A stretch of DNA of 64,000 bases from Candidatus Parcubacteria bacterium (lineage in GTDB: Bacteria; Patescibacteriota; Minisyncoccia; UBA6257; HR35): positions 324,523 through 388,522 of the forward strand of contig BPJI01000001.1 in assembly GCA_026004535.1 (NCBI GenBank), in the 5' to 3' direction. Under the pieces are notes generated by a model. That model saw only the letters and a list, made by a program, of their open reading frames with translations, did not search any database and had not been told where the DNA came from. Position 1 is the stretch's first letter; every line of letters starts with the position of its first letter. A program made the translations under genes and the position numbers. Below are positions 48,906-59,426 of this stretch, piece by piece.

Positions 48906-50660
48906 AAATTCCCTTAAAAAATAAACAAAAGCAATTTTATACGCCACGGATTCACGCCGATTTTTATAATCCACGGATTTACGCGGATTTAGAACGGATT
49001 TACGTGGATTATTATCATTAGGATTTAGGCGGATGTTGTTTCCGGGTAGTATTCTTTCTTTTTCATAAAAGCTATGAATTTTTTTAGCTAAATCAATTAA
49101 ATAATCAGTGAGAAGATGAGGTCTTTTTTCTTTGTAAATTAAATAAATTAAATCTTGTAATTGATGAACCTTTCTTAAAATTATTTTAGCTGAGTCAATG
49201 TCTTTAATTGATAAGAAAACTTTTTGCGCATCAATTATTCGTGTTAATTCGCTTTTTATTCGTGTTAATTCGCGTCCTTTCTCCAAAATACTATTTAACC
49301 TTGCACAAGCATATTGAATATACCAATAAGGATTTTCCTCTGATTCTTTTTTGGCTAAATCTAAATCAAATTCAATCATAGCCTCAGGAGATTTTTGTAA
49401 AAAGAAAAATCTAACAACTCCTGAGTCAATTTCGTCAATTAAGTCTTGTAAAGTGATAAAAACTCCTCTTCTTTTTGACATTCTTAAATATTCTTGTCCT
49501 TTTTTAAGATGAACAAATTGATAAACTATCGGTAAAAATTGGTAATCTTTAATGCCAAAAATTTTTAAAGCGGCTCTCAATCTGCGAGTGTGATCAAGAT
49601 GGTCACTAGCAACAATTAAAATTTCTATCTTATTTTTCTTAAGAAAAAATTTATGGTAATAGTGTAAAATATCAGAGAAAAAATAAGTTGGTTCACCATT
49701 TTGTTTAATTAAAACTTCATCTTTATCTTCACCCAATTTTGTTAAAAGCAAAAACAAAGCTCCATCTCTATTTTCAATTAATTTTTTTCTTTCAAAAATT
49801 CTTAGAACTCTTTTATCTAAATTTTTTTTATAGAGATCCGTTTCAAAGAAGTACCAATCAAAATTAGTGCCAAAATTTTTTAAGGCTTGTTTAATGAGAT
49901 TCTTTAAAATATAATCAGCTACTTTTTTGCCAATTTTTTCTAATATTACAGACTCATGCTGATTTAGAATTGTTTTTATTTCTTCACTCAACTTTTCAGC
50001 AATCTCTTTTAGATATTCACCTTGATAAAAATTGCTTTCCCAATCAAGATAACCTAAATGAGCCAAGACTGTTTTGGCTAAAATCTCAATTTGATTTCCG
50101 CGATCATTAACGTAATATTCCCTAGTAACTCTAAATCCAGCTAATTTTAAAATGTTTGCCAAAGTATCTCCTAAAACAGCACCTCGAGCATTTCCTAAAG
50201 TTAAAGGCCCAGTAGGATTAGCGGAGACATAATCAATATTTAATTTTTGTTTTCGACCATAATTTTGTTGGAAAAATTTTTCTTTATTTTTATAAATTGC
50301 TCTAAATGTTTTTAAAAGCTGATAATCAGAAAGCCAAAAATTTAAGTAATTATTGACAATCTCGATTTTTTTGAAAACCAAGGATTTTCGCGGATTTAAA
50401 ACGGATTTATGCGGGTTATTATCAGCGTTGATCCTTTTTGAAATCTGTGTAAATCTGTGTTTAATTTTATCAATAATTATTTTTTCTTTTTCCGGAGCAA
50501 ATTGTTTTAAAAGAAAAATTAGATTGGTTGAATAATCACCTAATTTTTCATCATCAATTAAAAATACTTTTAATTTTTGTAAAATTTTCTCTGCTTTTTC
50601 TTTATCGATTTCTTTTCTAATTAAATTTTTCAATTTTTGCTCTAAAAGATAAAGATTCAT
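48855..50660 (-). CDS. argS: arginine--tRNA ligase
   Basis: YVSANPTGPL..G.ARGA..GD, EYYVND.G.Q, MSKRRG, YIQYA.AR. Confidence 0.96.
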   Translation of the reverse strand: MNLYLLEQKLKNLIRKEIDKEKAEKILQKLKVFLIDDEKLGDYSTNLIFLLKQFAPEKEKIIIDKIKHRFTQISKRINADNNPHKSVLNPRKSLVFKKIEIVNNYLNFWLSDYQLLKTFRAIYKNKEKFFQQNYGRKQKLNIDYVSANPTGPLTLGNARGAVLGDTLANILKLAGFRVTREYYVNDRGNQIEILAKTVLAHLGYLDWESNFYQGEYLKEIAEKLSEEIKTILNQHESVILEKIGKKVADYILKNLIKQALKNFGTNFDWYFFETDLYKKNLDKRVLRIFERKKLIENRDGALFLLLTKLGEDKDEVLIKQNGEPTYFFSDILHYYHKFFLKKNKIEILIVASDHLDHTRRLRAALKIFGIKDYQFLPIVYQFVHLKKGQEYLRMSKRRGVFITLQDLIDEIDSGVVRFFFLQKSPEAMIEFDLDLAKKESEENPYWYIQYACARLNSILEKGRELTRIKSELTRIIDAQKVFLSIKDIDSAKIILRKVHQLQDLIYLIYKEKRPHLLTDYLIDLAKKIHSFYEKERILPGNNIRLNPNDNNPRKSVLNPRKSVDYKNRRESVAYKIAFVYFLREFLGFALSLINIKPIKKL

Positions 50661-53600
50661 TGAAACACTCTTTTAAAAGTGTCATTTAATATTTTTTGAT
50701 AATCTTTCTTACCTTCAGCAACTAAATCCATTGCCTCTTCTAATTTTATAGTAAATTCTTCAGCAACCAAATCTTTGTGTTTTTTAATCAAATAATTATA
50801 AATCTTTTCTCCTAAAGAAACGGGAATTAAATATCCCGAACGATTGAGAACATATTTTCTATCAATTAAAGTTTGAATAATTGTTGAATAAGTTGATGGT
50901 CTACCTAAGCCTCTTTTTTTCATTTCATCAATAAGCTCACCCTGGGTATAATGATATTCTTTTGGTACTTTTTTAATTTTTAAATTCTCAACTTTAAATT
51001 TATCTTCAATTAAATTAAAAATTTTTATATTTTTAAAGAATTGAAGATGATTGCCTTCAGTAATTTCAACAAAAGCCTCTTGTGTTTGCTTATATAAAAC
51101 AAATTCATGGTTACTTGTTTTAAGGATTATTTCAATTTCTGTTTTTTTGCCTTTGCTTGGTTTCATCTGAGAAGCGATAAATCTATTAAAGATCAATCCG
51201 TAAAGCTGTAAGTGTTTTTTAGTCAAATTTTTTTGTTCTAAAATCATACTTTCAATAAGATCTTGGACATCTAACGGTTTTGTCGGTCTTATTCCTTCAT
51301 GAGTACCAATTTCTCCCCAAGCTCGTTTATAAAACAAATCTTTTAAATTCTTTCTTTCTAAATATTCATAGGCAACATTACGACCGAATTCAGAAACGAA
51401 AACAGAATCAGTTCGATGATAAGTAATTAATCCTTGTTCAAAAAGGTCCTGAGCTAATCTCATTGTTATTGGAGCTTCAAATCTAAAAAAACTATTAGCA
51501 TCTTTTAAAAGATTACTTGTATCATAAGGAGGTAGGGGATTAATTGTTTCTTCTTGGGTTCTGTTAAATTTTATTTCAATTTCTAATTCTTGGTTTTTAA
51601 AGGCTGTTTTTATTTCTTTAATAATGTCTTCATTTTCTAAGTAAAAATAAAGAGGAGTAAGTTTTTGGGAATCATTGGGTTGATTTATGCTAACATTAAC
51701 TAAATAATGCTTATTTTTAATTCTTTTTTCTTTTTCTAAAATCCAACCTAAGACTGGAGTCTGAACTCTGCCGGCAGAAAGATTGAGATTTTTAAAATGT
51801 TGTTGAATTTCTTCACTTAATTTAAAACCAATCCAACGATCAGAAATTCTTCTTAAAAGTTGAGCCTTGACTAAATTAACATCAACATCTCTTGGTTCTT
51901 TTATTTTTTTAATGAATTCAGTTTTGGTAATTTCATGAAGCTCTATTCGTTTGATGTTTTGATTATAGGGATAAAGATAGGCAAATAAATCAAAAGCTAT
52001 TTTTTCGCCTTCGGTATCAGGATCAGTGGCTAAATAAATTTTATCAACCTCAAAAGCAATTTTTTGTAAATTTTTTATTAATTCTTGTTTACTAAGGAAA
52101 TTTTGAGAATTACAAACAGGACATTCATTTTCGTTTAAACTTAAGTGGCGCTTACAATTCTGACAAATTTTTAAGGGTTGAAAAACAGGCACAAATTCCC
52201 CTTTTTCTTTTTTGACACCATAATAACCATCTTGATGAGTTAAATCAGTAAAGTGCCCTAAAGTAGCGCAAATATTTAAATGTAGATTTCCTAAGGAAAC
52301 CTCATAAAAAATAATATTAGCCTTAATTCTCCTAGCTGGCTTGCCAAAAAAGTTAGCGATCGTTTTTGCTTTTGTCGGCGATTCAACTAAAACCAAAGCA
52401 GTTTCAATTGGATCTTTAAGAGTAAACTCTTCGCCAGTTAAGACCCTTTCAACAATTTTGCGATCTTTATCAATTTCTTCTAAAATTTTTGTTAAATTAA
52501 TTTCACTAGCATTTTTAAAATTTGCTTCATAGCCTAAGATTTTCAATTTATCTTTTAAATGATTTAAAACTTTTTCATTTTCAGCTAAAATTAAAGCTAA
52601 TCCTTTGGTAAGACCCAGAGGAAAAAGTCGCGAAGTTCTACCTGATGCTTGAATATAGCCACGAGGATCAGAAACAACTAAATAATAATTTAAATTATTA
52701 CCCGGATCATCACTAGATATATTACCCGGATGATTACCGGATAGATGGTTGTTTTCCTTGGAATTTATATTAGTTTTTACTCCATTATTGTTCGCATTGG
52801 TTCGCGTATAGTTCGCATCAGTCTGCGTCATTAGAGTTATTCTTGGATGTTTTTTAATTTTTTCAATAATTTCTTCATCTTTTAAAAATTCTTCAAAAGT
52901 TCTTTTTATTGGTTCGATTTTTTCCTTTAAATTTTTATCAGCCAGAATTGCTTCTTCTTTGAGAAAAGATATTTTTTTAAGAAAATTCAAATTTCTTTCA
53001 ATTAACGATTTTTCATCGACAGTTTCTCTTAATGTTAGGCCTAAAAGAAAAAGATGTAAAGGAGAATAAGATACTTTTAATGGAATCTTAAATTTTGGCA
53101 CACCCAAAAACAAGGCATATCTTACTTTTTGGGGTAAATCAATTCCTCGAGTTAAGGGATTTCTAATATTACTAAAGCCGACAACAACTTGAATTTCATT
53201 TTCTAAAAAAGCTTTTTGATTTTTGGTATTAAATTTTTCATACGAAACAGCATTTATGCTATTTTCTTTTAAAAAATCAATATAATTATTTAAATCTTCT
53301 TTACGAAAATCATCATTTAAAAAAACAAAACCACCAGGACCTAATTTTTTTAGCCAATAGATTGATCTTTTGATTAACGCGATTTTTTGCGAACTATCGG
53401 AAGGAGCGGAAACGAACGCAGAACTATCGGAATGAGCGGAAGAATTGTTTCCGTTTGTTCCGTTTATAATTTCATACACTTCTTCAATGTTTCTTAAATA
53501 AGTTGTTGCTGAGCCAATTTCAAATCCTAAAAGTTCTCGAAAAAGGGCAATTTTTTTTGTTTTTGGAGTTAAAGTGGCTGAAGCAGCAATAATAAGACCC

Positions 53601-54355
53601 TTCTCATCTTTGTTAATATCCATAACTTCAATTGCAGCATAATCTTCTCTATTTTTGGCTTTTCTTTTTTTGTCAATAATTTGGATTGCTCTTTGGATTT
53701 CTTCATCTTTGAATTTAATTAATTTCAAAACTTTATCAATATTTTTTGGTTGTCTGATTAAAGAATCGGCGTCATCAACAAAAACCAAATCAAAATTTTT
53801 AGGAATAATGTCAAAATTTTTATGAAGAAAGTTGGCCGTAGTAAGCAAAATATCAAAATCTTCATTTTTTAATAATTCTTTATCTTCTTTTTCTTTAATG
53901 ATTAAAATTTTTTTATCAGATTTTATATTTTTTAATTTTTTCTCAATCTCACGCAATAAAATTTTTGAAGGGACTAAATAATAAACTTTGCCTGGAAGAA
54001 AATGAGAAATAATGTTACCAAAAGTTGTTTTACCAATTCCGGTAGGAGCAATTATGGAAAAAGATTCTCTTTTTAAGACTCTTTTTGCCCAATAAAGCTG
54101 AAGTCGAAGTGGTTGATGCCCAGTATTTTCTTTAAAAAAATTTATGAATTCTTTTAATTTCTGTAAAACTATGTAATCTTCATTAAAATTCTCCAAGTCC
54201 TCTTTAAGATCGAGATTCTCAGTTATCTTAAATAGGGTTTTTTTAAATCTTTCATAATCTTTATTACACAAGCCATAATTATAGATTTCCTCAAAATTAG
54301 CATCATTTCTATCTATCGGACAAATTTCTAAATAGCGAACGTTTAATTTTTCCAT
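50657..54355 (-). CDS. rgy: reverse gyrase
   Basis: N-terminal helicase (APTGIGKT, DDAD, QASGRTSR) fused to topoisomerase IA (VESPTKA, DPDTEGE, SAGRVQTP, ITYHRTD, GRPSTY). Confidence 0.95.
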   Translation of the reverse strand: MEKLNVRYLEICPIDRNDANFEEIYNYGLCNKDYERFKKTLFKITENLDLKEDLENFNEDYIVLQKLKEFINFFKENTGHQPLRLQLYWAKRVLKRESFSIIAPTGIGKTTFGNIISHFLPGKVYYLVPSKILLREIEKKLKNIKSDKKILIIKEKEDKELLKNEDFDILLTTANFLHKNFDIIPKNFDLVFVDDADSLIRQPKNIDKVLKLIKFKDEEIQRAIQIIDKKRKAKNREDYAAIEVMDINKDEKGLIIAASATLTPKTKKIALFRELLGFEIGSATTYLRNIEEVYEIINGTNGNNSSAHSDSSAFVSAPSDSSQKIALIKRSIYWLKKLGPGGFVFLNDDFRKEDLNNYIDFLKENSINAVSYEKFNTKNQKAFLENEIQVVVGFSNIRNPLTRGIDLPQKVRYALFLGVPKFKIPLKVSYSPLHLFLLGLTLRETVDEKSLIERNLNFLKKISFLKEEAILADKNLKEKIEPIKRTFEEFLKDEEIIEKIKKHPRITLMTQTDANYTRTNANNNGVKTNINSKENNHLSGNHPGNISSDDPGNNLNYYLVVSDPRGYIQASGRTSRLFPLGLTKGLALILAENEKVLNHLKDKLKILGYEANFKNASEINLTKILEEIDKDRKIVERVLTGEEFTLKDPIETALVLVESPTKAKTIANFFGKPARRIKANIIFYEVSLGNLHLNICATLGHFTDLTHQDGYYGVKKEKGEFVPVFQPLKICQNCKRHLSLNENECPVCNSQNFLSKQELIKNLQKIAFEVDKIYLATDPDTEGEKIAFDLFAYLYPYNQNIKRIELHEITKTEFIKKIKEPRDVDVNLVKAQLLRRISDRWIGFKLSEEIQQHFKNLNLSAGRVQTPVLGWILEKEKRIKNKHYLVNVSINQPNDSQKLTPLYFYLENEDIIKEIKTAFKNQELEIEIKFNRTQEETINPLPPYDTSNLLKDANSFFRFEAPITMRLAQDLFEQGLITYHRTDSVFVSEFGRNVAYEYLERKNLKDLFYKRAWGEIGTHEGIRPTKPLDVQDLIESMILEQKNLTKKHLQLYGLIFNRFIASQMKPSKGKKTEIEIILKTSNHEFVLYKQTQEAFVEITEGNHLQFFKNIKIFNLIEDKFKVENLKIKKVPKEYHYTQGELIDEMKKRGLGRPSTYSTIIQTLIDRKYVLNRSGYLIPVSLGEKIYNYLIKKHKDLVAEEFTIKLEEAMDLVAEGKKDYQKILNDTFKRVFQ

Positions 54356-54378
54356 TATAATAATATTATAATTAAATT

Positions 54379-55209
54379 ATGCATCTTAAAGAATTGATTT
54401 ATTCATTAAAAACAGGAGAAGCAATTTTACATTATAATGTTGCTACCCTTGAACAAATAAAAGCTGGAATTTTAGCAGTTCAAGAAACAAAAATTCCATT
54501 AATTTTTGGTGTTTCAGAGGGAGAAAGAAATTATTTGAGCCCTGCTTTAGTAAAAGAGATAATTGATTTTTATAAAAAAGATTTGCCAATCTTTTTAAAT
54601 GCTGATCATTCAAAGAGTTTTGAGACAGCAAAACAAGCAATTGATTTAAATTATGATGCAGTTTTGTTTGATGGAAGTGAACTTACTTTAGATGAAAATA
54701 TAAAAATTACAAAAGAATTAATTAACTATCGAGGAGATAAAAATATTTTAATTGAAGGCGAGATTGGTAAAATTGAAGGTAAATCTGAAATTCAAAAAGA
54801 AGTTGAGGTAAAAAAAGAAAATCTAACTAAAGTTGAAGAAGCAATTAAGTTTGTTGAAGAAACAAAAGTTGATTTATTAGCAGTTTCGATCGGTAATATC
54901 CATGGTATTACCGAAAAAGAACCAGAGCTTGATTTTGAAAGGGGCAGGGAAATAGCTCAAGCCGTAAAAATTCCATTGGTTTTACATGGTGCCTCCGGAC
55001 TTTCTTTAGAAAAAATAAAAAAATGTATTGAAATTGGTTTTAAAATAATCCATCTTAACACTGAGTTTAGAAAAATTTGGAAAGAAAAATTAATTGAGGA
55101 ATTGGGGAAAGAAACAGTAACTCCTTATAAAATTTTAGAACCAGTTGTTGAAGAGATTAAAAAGAAAATTGTTTATTATCAGGTTAGGTTTCAGGATTCA
55201 GGAAGTTAG
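54379..55209 (+). CDS. fba: class II fructose-bisphosphate aldolase
   Basis: NADHS, FDGS, EGEIG.I.G, LAVSIGNIHG, PLVLHGASG. Confidence 0.92.
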   Translation: MHLKELIYSLKTGEAILHYNVATLEQIKAGILAVQETKIPLIFGVSEGERNYLSPALVKEIIDFYKKDLPIFLNADHSKSFETAKQAIDLNYDAVLFDGSELTLDENIKITKELINYRGDKNILIEGEIGKIEGKSEIQKEVEVKKENLTKVEEAIKFVEETKVDLLAVSIGNIHGITEKEPELDFERGREIAQAVKIPLVLHGASGLSLEKIKKCIEIGFKIIHLNTEFRKIWKEKLIEELGKETVTPYKILEPVVEEIKKKIVYYQVRFQDSGS

Positions 55210-55232
55210 GTTTTAGGAAATTAGGTTTCAGG

Positions 55233-56579
55233 TTAATTGATTCTTTTCAAAATAATTCCTCCGCCTAAAACGATGTCATCTTTATAAAAAACTATTGATT
55301 GACCTGGGGCAACAAATTTTTGAGGTTCGAGAAATTCAATGAACGCAGACCCTCGCAGACTGTGCGCAGACTTTTGCAGACTATACTCAGATTCACGCAG
55401 AATAAGTTTTGCTTTAACTAAGGGTTGTCTATGGCGAAAACGAACATCAATAATTATAGAATTACCCGGATGATTACCTGATAGATTACCCGGATGATTA
55501 CCTGATAGATTACCCGGATGATTACCGGATGAATAGTTATTGTTTATATAGTCTGCGTAAGTCTGCGTGTAGTCTGCGTGGGTCTTCGTTTTATCTGTAT
55601 TAGTCTGAGGAAACAAAATTTCTTTTTCTAAGATATTAATTTCAGTAATTTCAATTTTTTGGCTATAAAGTAAAGGATGACCTTCTTTAGCAACAACAAT
55701 TAAATTTTCTTCAGGAATTTTTTGAGCTACATAATATGGGCCATCACCAACTTTAATATTAAGTCCATGTCTTTGGCCTTCAGTGAAATAAAAATAACCA
55801 GGATGAGTGCCTAGGATCCTTCCTTCAGTATCAATAATTTTACCTTCTTTTGGTTTTAAATATTGACTTAAAAATTCTCTTAATTTTACTTGGCCAACAA
55901 AGCAAATTCCCATACTTTCCTTCTTCTCAGCAACTGGTAAATTATATTTTTTAGCAATTTCTCTAACTTCAGTCTTTAGCAAATCGCCAACAGGGAAAAT
56001 TATTTTTGAGAACTTTTCTTTTTCAATTGACCAAAGAAAATAAGTTTGATCTTTATCCTGATCTTTTGCTTTTAAAAGATGAATTTCAGATGTATTACCC
56101 TGATGTCCACCGGATATATTACCCAGATAATTACCTGATGAATTATTTCTTTTATTAGATTCTATATTAAGATTGTCTTTCTTATTGTTCGCATCAGTTC
56201 GCGTTAAGTTCGCATCGATTTGCGTTCGAGCATAATGTCCTGAAGCAACCATCTCATAACCTAAATTTAAAGCTTTATCAAAAAATACGCCAAATTTTAT
56301 AAACTGATTGCAGTAGACATCTGGATTAGGAGTTAAGCCCTTTTCATAAGTTCGAATCATATAGTTTATAACTTTTTCTTCAAATTCATCGGTTAAATCA
56401 AAAACATAAAAAGGAATATTTAAAATTTCAGCTACTCGACGAGCATCTTCAGCATCTTGAGGATTACAAAAATCAAAACAATGTAAATGAACACCAACGA
56501 GATTATAACCTTTTTCTTTTAAAAGCAAAGCTGAAACTGAAGAATCAACTCCTCCAGAAAGAAGAACAGCTATTTTCAT
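55233..56579 (-). CDS. mnmA: tRNA 2-thiouridine synthase, with in-frame repeat insertions
   Basis: SGGVDSS, TPNPDV.CN, SGHYA, KDQTYFL, ESMGICF, APGQS.VFY. Confidence 0.96.
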   Translation of the reverse strand: MKIAVLLSGGVDSSVSALLLKEKGYNLVGVHLHCFDFCNPQDAEDARRVAEILNIPFYVFDLTDEFEEKVINYMIRTYEKGLTPNPDVYCNQFIKFGVFFDKALNLGYEMVASGHYARTQIDANLTRTDANNKKDNLNIESNKRNNSSGNYLGNISGGHQGNTSEIHLLKAKDQDKDQTYFLWSIEKEKFSKIIFPVGDLLKTEVREIAKKYNLPVAEKKESMGICFVGQVKLREFLSQYLKPKEGKIIDTEGRILGTHPGYFYFTEGQRHGLNIKVGDGPYYVAQKIPEENLIVVAKEGHPLLYSQKIEITEINILEKEILFPQTNTDKTKTHADYTQTYADYINNNYSSGNHPGNLSGNHPGNLSGNHPGNSIIIDVRFRHRQPLVKAKLILRESEYSLQKSAHSLRGSAFIEFLEPQKFVAPGQSIVFYKDDIVLGGGIILKRIN

Positions 56580-56989
56580 TGACCAAGAGTAGTTTTAATT
56601 CTTTTTAAAATCTGATCAAGGCTTTCTGACTTGCTGAAAAAATCTAAAGCACCAAATTTTTTGATTATTTTATTATATTGGTCTCCTATTTCTTCTTTTA
56701 AGTCAAATTTATTTGTCATAATTAAAACTTTAATATTTTTACCATTAGGATGCGTTTTTAACCAAAAGAGAGTATCAACACCATTCATTATTGGCATAAC
56801 AACGTCTAAAAGAATTAAATTAGGTTTATATTGATCTAATAAGCTAATTCCTTCTTTGCCGTTTTCTGCCTCAATTATTTCATAACCCGCAGATTGGAGC
56901 TTTATTCTTAAGATCTCTCGATAATTTTTGTCATCGTCAATAATTAAAATTAATTTTTTATTATTTTGTTGTTGAATTGAATTGTTCAT
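56576..56989 (-). CDS. single-domain response regulator
   Basis: ILIIDDD, PNLILLDVVMP.MNG. Confidence 0.88.
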   Translation of the reverse strand: MNNSIQQQNNKKLILIIDDDKNYREILRIKLQSAGYEIIEAENGKEGISLLDQYKPNLILLDVVMPIMNGVDTLFWLKTHPNGKNIKVLIMTNKFDLKEEIGDQYNKIIKKFGALDFFSKSESLDQILKRIKTTLGQ

Positions 56990-57194
56990 TCTAAGTCTTT
57001 TATATTTTGTGGTCACGAAGTGACTTGTCCTGCACCACAGCCTTTGTCACGGTGCCTACCTGCTGGCAGGCAGACAGGTCGCCCTGGACCGAACTATGTT
57101 TTGGTTCAGGGCTAACCCCTAATCCCTAACCCCATAGTAGATTAAATCTCAATACGGGTTATATCTTCCAATTTTTATATATAAAATTTAATAT

Positions 57195-57267
57195 TGGACC
57201 CGAGGGGACTCGAACCCCTGACCTCTGCAGTGCAAATGCAGTGCTCTACCAACTGAGCTACGGGCCC
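57195..57267 (-). tRNA. tRNA-Ala(TGC)
   Basis: Reverse complement GGGCCCGTAGCTCAGTTGGTAGAGCA CTGCA TTTGCAC TGCAG...TCGGGTCCA, G3:U70 pair. Confidence 0.95.
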
Positions 57268-57273
57268 TTTTTG

Positions 57274-57345
57274 CGCCCCCAACCGGAGTCGAACCGGTAT
57301 TACCACCTTGAAAGAGTGGTGTCCTAACCGTTAGACGATGGGGGC
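57274..57345 (-). tRNA. tRNA-Glu(TTC)
   Basis: Reverse complement GCCCCCATCGTCTAACGGTTAGGACA CCACT CTTTCAA GGTGG... Confidence 0.94.
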
Positions 57346-57350
57346 CTCAT

Positions 57351-57459
57351 TCAGCTTTACAGCTTCCTAGCTTCACAGCTTATCAGCTTCAAAAAATTAT
57401 AATATAATTATTATATCATAGAAGCTTTAAAGCTATGAAGCTTGGAAGCTGATAAGCTA
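57351..57459. repeat. inverted pair of AGCTT/AAGCT heptad arrays around a divergent tRNA promoter
   Basis: cagctttacagcttcctagcttcacagct, AT-rich centre with TATAAT, then gaagctttaaagctatgaagcttggaagct. Confidence 0.75.
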
Positions 57460-57465
57460 TTTTTT

Positions 57466-57536
57466 GTCCCCATAGCTTAATGGAAGAGCACAGCCCTGCG
57501 GAGGCTGGGATGGAGGTTCGATTCCTCCTGGGGACA
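57466..57536 (+). tRNA. tRNA-Arg(GCG)
   Basis: GTCCCCA/TGGGGAC stem, CAGCC-CTGCGGA-GGCTG, GGTTCGATTCC. Confidence 0.92.
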
Positions 57537-57569
57537 ATTGAGTAATTAACATTTTTACCATTTTAGTTT

Positions 57570-57760
57570 GTTCCACATCTTCCCTGTCCGTTTCCTTCTG
57601 TTTAGTATATGTCGGAAGGAGCAGAAGCGGACGCAGAACCATCGGAAGGAGCAGAAGAATTATTTCCGCTTGTTCCGTATCCTTTTCTGTTTATTCCGCA
57701 TTTTCCATGTCCGTTTCCGTTCATTTCGTTTTTTCCGTGTCCGCTTCTGTTCATTTCGCC
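57570..57760. repeat. CGGAA / TTCCG periodic mirror array
   Basis: cggaaggagcagaagcggacgcagaaccatcggaagg, then ttccgcttgttccgt units. Confidence 0.75.
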
Positions 57761-57823
57761 TTTAAATTTTAGCACAATTTTCCACATCTTGACATCATAT
57801 TTTTTTCTATTTATAATTAAATT

Positions 57824-58972
57824 ATGAATAAAAAAATGAATAAATCCTTCACTTTAGTTGAACTCTTAGTTGTCTTAGCTCTAATAGCTATCTTAGCTAC
57901 TGTCTTAATTGTTGTCATTAAGCCAGCAGATATCTTTAAAAGAGGTAGAGATAGTCAAAGAACTTCAGACCTTAAAAATCTTGAAAAAATATTTGACCTT
58001 ATTCTTTTTGAAACTCAAGGCACCTTTTCTGAACTTCAATATGCTTCTTCAAATGTTGTCTATATCTCTCTTCCTGATACTTCATCAACTTGTGGTCAAT
58101 GGATAAGTCAATTACCACAGCTTCCTTCAGGCTGGTCATATTGATGCTCAGCAACTCCAACAAATATTGATGGTACTGGCTGGATTCCTATTCCTTTTAA
58201 TCAATTTTCAAGCATTAATCTTTCTAGACTTTTCATTGATCCAATCAATAGACCTCCATATTACTATGCATTTGTTGCTGGAGGAAGTTATGAGTTAACA
58301 GCAGCTTTAGAAGTTAAGACGAATAAAGGAGATGGGTCAATTTCTGCTAATGATGGGGGAGATGATGATTATATTTATGAAAAAGGAACTAATTTAAATT
58401 TAACTCCTTTAGTTGTTCAAGGTAGACTTCTCACAAATTCTATTTACGCTGTTAGTGGTAGTTGTGATAACTCTACTTATTGTGGTTATATGGATAATCA
58501 TAGTGAAGCTGATGCTATTAGAAATTTTCCAGCCAACATCTGTAAAAAATATGTTGATAAATTATATTGGGGTTCAGTGTGTGATAATACAAACCCTGAA
58601 AGTGGAGTTAGGAATTATTTTTATTCACGTTTTAGATTTTTGTTTGTTCCTGATGTAAGTGGAACATGGTATTTTGCTGTTGATAGTAATGATGGAGCGG
58701 AATTAATATTAAATAAAGATGATTCTGATAACGACCACACAAAACACACTTTAATTGCTTCATGGTATGGTGTGCATGGTTGGTGTAATTGTCAAAATGC
58801 AAGTGGCACGATTGATATGATTGCAGGTCAAGGATATTGGTTTGATTATATTCAAGAAGAATGGAGCGGAGTTGAAGCGGCCGTTTTATGGGTAAAAAGG
58901 CCAGGAGATGTTTGGAAAGTTTTAAGTGTTACTAATTTTCCTAATCAAATATTTGCAAGGCCTGCATATTAG
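57824..58972 (+). pseudogene. pilin-like N-terminus plus PA14-like domain; same in-frame TGA at 58142-58144
   Basis: 5' part identical to 37082; frame open after the TGA into G.WYFAVDSNDGAEL...HG...G.I.M.AG. Confidence 0.78.
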
Positions 58973-59426
58973 TATAAAAATACAAAATAGCTCATCAGCT
59001 TTATAGCTTCCAAGCTTTTTTAGCTTACCATTTTTTTAGTTTTATAGAAAACATAAAGGTACATATAAAATGCTATAGCATCTAAAACATCCCTACACAT
59101 AAAAAGACAAAAGTCTACTGCTACGTAGCAATAGAGAATTGAACCAGTTTTTATTTCTACTATTTAAATACGATCGTATTAAGTTAGGAGAATTAATAAA
59201 TATAATGACGTGCGATATCCAGATGTTGATTCATCATCGAATATTTGGGACATCGCAGGTCTTAAATTATTTTCCGTATCATCTTCCTTTATTCCGTTTT
59301 TTTCGTATTTATTTCAGTTTGTTCCATATCTTCCATTTTCATTTCTCTCTGTTTGGCTGAGAAATTGACATTTTTTCCAGATTCTAGATTTTTGTTTTTT
59401 AGAAAGCTTTCAGGATAATTAAATTA

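Noticed and set aside
57457-57827. Overlapping short ORFs (also 38580-38847 and 59139-59360)
   Set aside because: They translate tRNA, repeat arrays or structured DNA into low-complexity peptides
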